From Bacteroidales bacterium (lineage in GTDB: Bacteria; Bacteroidota; Bacteroidia; Bacteroidales; CAIWKO01), in the NCBI GenBank assembly GCA_023228145.1, contig JALOBU010000005.1, positions 5,573 through 69,572 of the forward strand: a stretch of DNA of 64,000 bases, in the 5' to 3' direction. Shown in pieces: positions 56,165-62,458 of this stretch. The position numbers were made by a program, and so were the translations under genes. The notes below the pieces were generated by a model. It had not been told where the DNA came from, did not search any database, and saw only the letters and a program-made list of their open reading frames with translations. How positions within the stretch are numbered: the stretch's first letter is position 1; each line of letters begins with the position of its first letter.

Positions 56165-57652
56165 TCATATTTCTAGCAGCTTTTTCAGGTCGTTCTCGTT
56201 AAATTTCGGTTTATCAAAAACATTCCTGTAATATTCCAGTATCTTTTCAGTGTCGAAATGTTTTTTTATCACCTGGTAACTTTTCTGAATACGTTTAGTG
56301 TTAATGTTGACATAACGCATCCAGTAACCCAGAAGCTCTTTTAAATCATTACTTGTCAGGGGCACTTTTTCCCTTGGAAAAAGATCGCCGTAAAACTCAA
56401 TATCATTAAACATTTCCAGGTGTATGACTCTTTTTTCCTGTTCAGCTATCTGCCGGTATTGCTCTTCTGTTGGTTTCAGCAAATTGAAGACTCTGGAGTT
56501 ATTATATATCCGTAACACGCTCAGCATGGGTTGTGCAACATATTCAAAGGAACCTGCATAATTGATGGTCTGCATCGCTTCTTCGTAGGTTTCGGTCGGG
56601 AATCCGATGATAAAAAGTGTCCGGGTTATAAAGCGCCTCGATGCGGCATGTATCGCTACTGATGCTTTATCTACATCCAGGTTTTTTCCTATCAGCTTTT
56701 GTAAACGGGGCACAGCGCTTTCAACAGCCAGCGCCATTTCCACTGTTCGAGCTTGTTCAAGGAGGTCTATCATTTCTTCATCCACCTGGTCGGCACGAAA
56801 CCCGTTTGGAAAATTCACCCTGACATCAGGTAGTTCTTTAATGATCAACGCCAGTAGCTCTTTAGCAGCAGGCATTGGGACATTGAAAGTGTCGTCCAGA
56901 AAGACAAAATTGAAAATACCGCGCTTGTCACGCCGCTCTTTCATCTCAGTAACCACGTTTTCAGCAGATCGCCGCCGTATTCTTTTTCCGAACAACTGGT
57001 GGCAATAAAAACAATCATAGGGGCATCCGCGCGTAGCCAGAACAAAGGCACATTTAGACACTTCCTGCAAAGCCTGATTTTTAATGCCCCGATAATCATC
57101 CAGATTAATAAAATCATAATCCGGAAAAGGAATACTATTAATATCTTTTATATAAGGGCGCGCTTCATTCACCCGCACAGTTTCGTCTTCCAACACAGCA
57201 GTGCCTTTTATTTCATGAGGAATTAACGGGGAATTCATAAGATGACTTATCAACTCTGTAAAAGTTACTTCTCCCTCTCCTATCACGACGATGTTTGCCA
57301 TATTATCTCGTAAAATATCTTCAAAACATGTTGATGGGTATGGCCCTCCGGCTACTATTGGAATATCAGGTTTAAGTTCACGTACCTTTTCTGACACAAG
57401 TTTAAAAGGAACCTTGGCTGTTGATAGCGCCCTGAGGCCAACCATATCGGGATCGAATGACCGGACAAGAGATTCCACACTTTTTACAGGATCCTTGCTT
57501 GTTGAGGTATGAAAAACGCTAAACTCTATCTCGGGAAATTTTTCTCTGGCAGTTGAAACAAGATACATCAACCCTACGGGATGATGGCTAAAATATACAT
57601 ACTTGGGATCCCCGAAAATATCAACATCTATTAAAAGTATTCTTTTTATCAT
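56165..57652 (-). CDS. Cobalamin-binding-domain radical SAM enzyme (class B), paralog 1
   Basis: 495 aa. The N-terminus is a Rossmann-like B12-binding domain (ILLIDVD ... MVGLRALS ... IVAGGPY). The radical SAM CxxxCxxC is CPYDCFYC, encoded at 57002-57025. Confidence 0.9.
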   Translation of the reverse strand: MIKRILLIDVDIFGDPKYVYFSHHPVGLMYLVSTAREKFPEIEFSVFHTSTSKDPVKSVESLVRSFDPDMVGLRALSTAKVPFKLVSEKVRELKPDIPIVAGGPYPSTCFEDILRDNMANIVVIGEGEVTFTELISHLMNSPLIPHEIKGTAVLEDETVRVNEARPYIKDINSIPFPDYDFINLDDYRGIKNQALQEVSKCAFVLATRGCPYDCFYCHQLFGKRIRRRSAENVVTEMKERRDKRGIFNFVFLDDTFNVPMPAAKELLALIIKELPDVRVNFPNGFRADQVDEEMIDLLEQARTVEMALAVESAVPRLQKLIGKNLDVDKASVAIHAASRRFITRTLFIIGFPTETYEEAMQTINYAGSFEYVAQPMLSVLRIYNNSRVFNLLKPTEEQYRQIAEQEKRVIHLEMFNDIEFYGDLFPREKVPLTSNDLKELLGYWMRYVNINTKRIQKSYQVIKKHFDTEKILEYYRNVFDKPKFNENDLKKLLEI

Positions 57653-57674
57653 CGGTCAAATTAAAAGTTGCAAT

Positions 57675-59171
57675 TTAATATTTAAGCAGGTTTTGCAGGT
57701 CTTTTTCATTAAATTTCGACCTGTTAAAAAGGCTTGCATAAAATTCTATGGTCGTTTTCTCATCAAGATATTTCTTTAAAACCTGATGGCTTTTCTGCAC
57801 TCGCAGGGGGTTGGTTAAAACATCGCGCATCCATATATACAGGAGTTCTTTGATATCATCGCTTTTTAACGGCACTTTGTCATCCGGAAAAAAATCGCCG
57901 TAAAATTCCACTTCCCCAAACATCTGCAGGTGCAATACTTTTTTTTCCTGATGGGCGATGGCAGCAAATTGTTCTTCTGTAGGCTTAAGAATATTAAATA
58001 GTCTGGAATTATTATACAATCGTAACATGCTTAAAGTGGGTTGGGCAACATATTCAAATGAAGCAGCAAACCTGACAGTATCCATTGCTTCATCAAAAGT
58101 TTCTGTTGGAAATCCTATCATATAAAATATGCGGGTAATAAACCTTTTTGATGCTGCATGAATTACTTTTTCAGCTTTTTTCAGGTCTAGGTTCTTTCCC
58201 ATCATTTTTTGCAAGCGTGGTGTAGCTGTTTCCACAGCCAGTGCCATTTCAACAGTACCTGCCTTTTCAAAAAGGTCAAGCATTTCTTCATCCATCTGGT
58301 CGACACGCAACCCATTCGGGAAATTCAGCCGAACGCCAGGTAGTTCTTTAGTAATTAAAGATAACACTTTTTTCGCCTCCTGCATGGGAACATTAAAAAG
58401 GTCATCCAGAAATACAAAATCACTAATTCCCAGACTTTCTTTGCGTTCCCGCATTTCGGCAACAACATTTTCCGCTGACCGGCGCCGAATCCTCTTTCCA
58501 AAAATCTGGTGACAGTAAAAACAACCGTAAGGGCAACCGCGTGAGCTTAAAATATATGCGGGTTTGGAAGTATCCTGCATGGTATGATCTCGTATACCAA
58601 CATAATCTTTCAGGTCTATATAACTATAATCCGGAAATACAATAGTATCAATATCCTTTATCAAAGGACGCGGATCATTAACAAAAACCTTTTCATCTCT
58701 GAGTACAGCAGTTCCCCTAATATCACCTGGTATGGAATCTGATTCCATCAGACGGTCGATCAGTTCCACAAAAGTGTCTTCACCTTCTCCGATTACAGCG
58801 ATGTCAACACACCCATTCAATAAAATTTCAGCATAAGAAGCGGAGGAATAAGGCCCGCCGCCTATTATCGGCAGTTCGGGCTTCAATTCCCTGATTTTAT
58901 CTGCCACCAACTTAAAGGTAGATTTAGCTGTGGATAAAGCCCTTAACCCAACAATATCAGGATTATACGAAAACAAAAGCTCTTCAATACGTTTTAGTGG
59001 ATCTTTGTAAGTATAAGTATGAAAAACTTTAAACTGAATATCAGGAAACGATTTTCTGGCTGCAGAAACAAGATACAAAAGCCCGACAGGATGATGACTG
59101 TAATGAAGGGTTCCGGGATCATCCTTGTCCTCGAAAACTTCAACATCAATTAAAAGTACCCTGTTTATCAT
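57675..59171 (-). CDS. Cobalamin-binding-domain radical SAM enzyme (class B), paralog 2
   Basis: CPYGCFYC is encoded at 58512-58535. The protein is collinear with paralog 1 over its full length. I place the start at the ATG at 59171 (MINRVLLIDVEV), which aligns with paralog 1's MIKRILLIDVDI. The ORF-track start at 59237 would add 22 unaligned residues. Confidence 0.88.
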   Translation of the reverse strand: MINRVLLIDVEVFEDKDDPGTLHYSHHPVGLLYLVSAARKSFPDIQFKVFHTYTYKDPLKRIEELLFSYNPDIVGLRALSTAKSTFKLVADKIRELKPELPIIGGGPYSSASYAEILLNGCVDIAVIGEGEDTFVELIDRLMESDSIPGDIRGTAVLRDEKVFVNDPRPLIKDIDTIVFPDYSYIDLKDYVGIRDHTMQDTSKPAYILSSRGCPYGCFYCHQIFGKRIRRRSAENVVAEMRERKESLGISDFVFLDDLFNVPMQEAKKVLSLITKELPGVRLNFPNGLRVDQMDEEMLDLFEKAGTVEMALAVETATPRLQKMMGKNLDLKKAEKVIHAASKRFITRIFYMIGFPTETFDEAMDTVRFAASFEYVAQPTLSMLRLYNNSRLFNILKPTEEQFAAIAHQEKKVLHLQMFGEVEFYGDFFPDDKVPLKSDDIKELLYIWMRDVLTNPLRVQKSHQVLKKYLDEKTTIEFYASLFNRSKFNEKDLQNLLKY

Positions 59172-59225
59172 TATACCAACGACATTAAAATGTGCCCTTC
59201 CAGCTGCAAATATAATATTTATTGC

Positions 59226-59233
59226 TAATTTTG
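59226..59233 (+). promoter_or_regulatory. TAnnTTTG -7 box for the FkbH-ACP-methyltransferase operon
   Basis: taattttg lies 24 nt upstream of the ATG at 59257, within the 85-bp divergent intergenic region. Confidence 0.45.
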
Positions 59234-59256
59234 ACACAAATTAGCGACATGTGTTT

Positions 59257-60987
59257 ATGAAAGATTTCACTCACTTACGAAAAAATTTAAAGAAAGATTT
59301 TTCGGGTTTAATACAGGTAAAAGTGGCTGTGTTAGGCGACACCTCAACACAGTTTTTAGCTGAGGCCATTCGTAGCATGGGATATGAAAAAGACTTCAAC
59401 ATTGTGATGTGGGAAGCCGATTATAACCAAATTGAAAGGCAGGTGTTTGATAACACATCTGAATTATATAAATACAAACCAGAAATTATAATCATTTTCC
59501 AGTCTTCGCATAAATTACTATCCAAATTTAATAAGCTACAGCCGAATCAATACAACACACTTGCCCGAACAGAATTAGGGATAATTGATAATACATGCAA
59601 CACTTTATTCCACAACCTCAACACAAAAATAATTTTTTACAATTATTCAGAAATCAACGATGCTGTTTTTGGCAATTATTCCAATAAAACTGAATCGTCA
59701 TTTTTATTTCAACTTAGAAAACTCAACTACGAGTTAATGGAATATGCCATTAAAAATCATGATTTCTATTTGTGTGACCTTTCTGCGATACAGAACAGGT
59801 TTGGCAGGGCTGTTTTTTTTCAGCCATCAGTATACGTGAATGCTGAAATGGTACTTAGCATTGATGTTCTGCCAGAAGTGGCTTCCAAAACCATTGATAT
59901 CATCAGCGCATTACGTGGGAAGTTCATAAAGTGCGTGATCCTCGACCTGGACAATACCACTTGGGGCGGAATCATCGGTGAGGACGGGATTGAAAATATT
60001 CAACTTGGCAGCCTCGGCATCGGAAAAGCCTTTACCGAATTCCAGTACTGGATAAAAAAACTCAAGAACAGGGGAATCATCATCGCAGTTTGCAGTAAAA
60101 ACAGCGAGCACATCGCAAAAGAACCTTTTGAAAAACATCCCGACATGGTTCTGCAACTGAAAGATATTGCTGTATTTATTGCTAACTGGGGCAACAAGGT
60201 GGATAACATCATTCAGATCCAGAGCATCCTGAACATAGGTTATGATTCGATGGTCTTTATAGATGACAGCCCTTTTGAAAGAAATATCGTGAGAGAAAGC
60301 CTGCCTGATGTTTGTGTGCCGGAATTGCCCGAAGACCCGGCAGATTACCTGGAGTATCTTTATGGGCTGAACCTGTTTGAAACAACATCTGTTTCCGGCG
60401 CAGATGCTGAAAGAACCAGGCAATATCAGATTGAAGCACAGAGGAGTATCGTACAGCAAAAATTTACCAATGAAGATGACTATCTGAAAAGCCTGAATAT
60501 GCTGTCAGTGGTTGAACCATTTAATAAATATAACACACCCAGAGTCGCTCAACTTTCTCAACGCTCAAATCAGTTTAACCTCAGGACTGTTCGCTTCACG
60601 GAAACTGATATTAAAAAAATTGCAGAGTCTGAAACCCATTTTACTTTTGCATTTACCCTTGAAGATAAGTTTGGAGATAACGGATTGACAGGCGTGATAA
60701 TCCTTCAAAAAGAAGACACCGATACGGTTTTTATTAATACATGGTTTATGAGTTGCAGGATTTTAAAAAGAAGGATGGAACAATTTATGCTTAACACGAT
60801 TGCATCATTTAGCATTGATAACGGATACAGTTACTTGAAAGGAGAATATATTCCAACAATAAAAAATGAAATGGTGAAAGAACATTATAAAAATTTAGGA
60901 TTTGAAAAATCAGGAGAATTTTGGGTGTTACCTTTAAAAGATTATGAGTATAGAAAGTGTTTTATTAACAGGAAATTAGGTGAATAA
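59257..60987 (+). CDS. FkbH-like HAD-IIIC phosphatase/acyl-loading enzyme
   Basis: About 576 aa. The HAD motif I is VILDLDNTTWGG (DxDxT), followed by AVCSKN and FIDD. The N-terminal ~220-aa domain and the C-terminal GNAT-like domain (FTLEDKFGDNGLTGVII) are as in FkbH/OzmB-type proteins. The ORF-track start at 59251 is GTG; the ATG is at 59257. Confidence 0.85.
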   Translation: MKDFTHLRKNLKKDFSGLIQVKVAVLGDTSTQFLAEAIRSMGYEKDFNIVMWEADYNQIERQVFDNTSELYKYKPEIIIIFQSSHKLLSKFNKLQPNQYNTLARTELGIIDNTCNTLFHNLNTKIIFYNYSEINDAVFGNYSNKTESSFLFQLRKLNYELMEYAIKNHDFYLCDLSAIQNRFGRAVFFQPSVYVNAEMVLSIDVLPEVASKTIDIISALRGKFIKCVILDLDNTTWGGIIGEDGIENIQLGSLGIGKAFTEFQYWIKKLKNRGIIIAVCSKNSEHIAKEPFEKHPDMVLQLKDIAVFIANWGNKVDNIIQIQSILNIGYDSMVFIDDSPFERNIVRESLPDVCVPELPEDPADYLEYLYGLNLFETTSVSGADAERTRQYQIEAQRSIVQQKFTNEDDYLKSLNMLSVVEPFNKYNTPRVAQLSQRSNQFNLRTVRFTETDIKKIAESETHFTFAFTLEDKFGDNGLTGVIILQKEDTDTVFINTWFMSCRILKRRMEQFMLNTIASFSIDNGYSYLKGEYIPTIKNEMVKEHYKNLGFEKSGEFWVLPLKDYEYRKCFINRKLGE

Positions 60988-60988
60988 T

Positions 60989-61023
60989 CAGTTAGCAGTG
61001 AACAGTTAGCAGTGAACAGTGAT
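60989..61023. repeat. CAGTnnn heptad tandem array (5 units; also 2 x 14-mer) immediately after the FkbH stop
   Basis: The units are cagttag cagtgaa cagttag cagtgaa cagtgat, in strict 7-nt register. The array starts 2 nt after the TAA at 60985-60987. Confidence 0.9.
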
Positions 61024-61065
61024 AATGCGCAATAAATAATAAAATTGACATAAAACAAATAAAAA

Positions 61066-61308
61066 ATGGAAAGAAACGAAATTTTAAAACAAGTCAACGA
61101 AATCTTTATTGATGTCCTCGACAAGGATACTATCGTTTTAAATGACAATACAACCGCCAATGACATCGAAGAATGGGACTCACTGGCTCATATACGCCTG
61201 GTAGTAACTATCGAAAAAAAATTCAATGCTCATTTTTCATCAAAGGAAATTCAAAGCTGGGATAATGTGGGTGAGATGATTGATTGTATTTGTGAGAAAG
61301 TGAAATAA
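61066..61308 (+). CDS. Acyl carrier protein (stand-alone, DltC/ACP-like)
   Basis: 80 aa. The phosphopantetheine attachment motif is EEWDSLAHIRLV, with the Ser codon at 61180-61182. It is a four-helix-sized protein. Confidence 0.88.
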   Translation: MERNEILKQVNEIFIDVLDKDTIVLNDNTTANDIEEWDSLAHIRLVVTIEKKFNAHFSSKEIQSWDNVGEMIDCICEKVK

Positions 61309-61309
61309 C

Positions 61310-61379
61310 AGTCGGCAGTTGTCAGTTATCAGTTATCAGTTAACAGTTAACAGTTATCAGTTAACAGTCGATAGTTGGA
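61310..61379. repeat. CAGTTAn heptad tandem array (10 units) immediately after the ACP stop
   Basis: The units are cagtcgg cagttgt cagttat cagttat cagttaa cagttaa cagttat cagttaa cagtcga tagttgg, in strict 7-nt register. Confidence 0.92.
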
Positions 61380-61459
61380 AAGCGGTTAAAATTAATTTTA
61401 AATAATGGCAACGGGTTTCAGAAATTTATTATTTTTTTAAAAATATTCGTAGCAAAAAC

Positions 61460-62362
61460 ATGCAAAAAACCCTGGATTATATTATTGATAGCATAAGTTC
61501 GAAGAACAAATTACATGCTAAAAAAATAAAAAACAACATAAAAAACTTTGACGAAGAGTATTACACACGTGCTGACAATTTCTTCAAAAAATACCTGACT
61601 ATACTTCAAAAAGACAATAAAACCATTGATTACGCTATAGATTGCTACCTTCAGATGATTGCAGATATCAATTATGAAACGGTGCAGTTTGCTAAAACGG
61701 GAGAATATTCCAGTAAGTCATTCGAAGAAGTAAATAAAAGGGTTTACAGCAACCCTGAAGTGATGAAGTATTATGTTCATGGCATCCTTATGTCACAGTT
61801 TTTATGGGCACACCATTACAAAATTCATACATTCTTCAGCAAAATCATCAAAGAAAACAGCAACCACATTTCACGTTATCTTGAGGTGGGCGGAGGACAT
61901 GGCCTATACGCATCCGAAGCCATTAAAATAATCGGCAAACAATCTACATTTCATTTGGTAGATATCAGTCAAAGCTCACTTGAACTGGCAAAGATGATGA
62001 TTGATAACGACACCGTCAGTTATTTTCACTCGGACATTTTTCATTTTGAACCCTGCACCAAATATGATTTTATTACCATGGGAGAAGTTCTGGAGCATGT
62101 GGAAGAGCCCGGGAAACTTTTAAAAAAATTATATGACTTACTTGAAGATAACGGAAAATTATTTATAACCGCCCCTACCAATGGCCCTACCATTGACCAT
62201 ATTTATCTTTTCAAAAATGCTGACGAAATAAGAAATTTGATTGCGTCTGCAGGTTATTTTATTGAAAAAGAGTACTGTGTATATGCTGAGGATGTTAGCC
62301 CGGAAATTGCTGAAAAATATAAGGTATCTATGATGTTTGCAGGGATTCTGAAGAAAAAATAG
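61460..62362 (+). CDS. Class I SAM-dependent methyltransferase
   Basis: 300 aa. Motif I is YLEVGGGHGLY. Downstream are YDFITMGEVLEHVEEP and LEDNGKLFITAP. Confidence 0.85.
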   Translation: MQKTLDYIIDSISSKNKLHAKKIKNNIKNFDEEYYTRADNFFKKYLTILQKDNKTIDYAIDCYLQMIADINYETVQFAKTGEYSSKSFEEVNKRVYSNPEVMKYYVHGILMSQFLWAHHYKIHTFFSKIIKENSNHISRYLEVGGGHGLYASEAIKIIGKQSTFHLVDISQSSLELAKMMIDNDTVSYFHSDIFHFEPCTKYDFITMGEVLEHVEEPGKLLKKLYDLLEDNGKLFITAPTNGPTIDHIYLFKNADEIRNLIASAGYFIEKEYCVYAEDVSPEIAEKYKVSMMFAGILKKK

Positions 62363-62420
62363 CAATCGGTTTTTGTTGCCTTCCTAACCTGAACATTGTT
62401 CATCAATTAAAGGTTGCAGC

Positions 62421-62445
62421 AGCTTACTTTTGAGTAAGCTTTAAG
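62421..62445. terminator. Hairpin between convergent genes (possible bidirectional terminator)
   Basis: The hairpin is agcttact-tttg-agtaagct (62421-62440), flanked by T/A-rich sequence. Confidence 0.45.
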
Positions 62446-62458
62446 ATTTAATCACATT

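Noticed and set aside
59911-60459. 182-aa ORF antisense to the FkbH-like gene, plus the similar 48793..49305 and 56607..57008 antisense ORFs
   Set aside because: In each case the opposite strand carries clear family motifs (HAD DxDxT, TM protein, radical SAM). The antisense translations have none.
60989-61379. Could the short tandem repeats be a CRISPR array?
   Set aside because: The units are 7 nt and contiguous with no spacers, and there are no cas genes. This is a microsatellite-like array, not CRISPR.
49638-62362. Interpreting the cluster as an alginate (algI-J-F-X) or canonical dlt operon, or as a methoxymalonyl-ACP PKS sub-cluster
   Set aside because: There is no Alg8/Alg44/AlgK/AlgE/AlgG/AlgL-type gene and no AlgF. 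There is no DltA adenylation enzyme. There is no FkbI/FkbK dehydrogenase, KS or AT. The gene set only partly overlaps each known system, so it is reported as a distinct combination.
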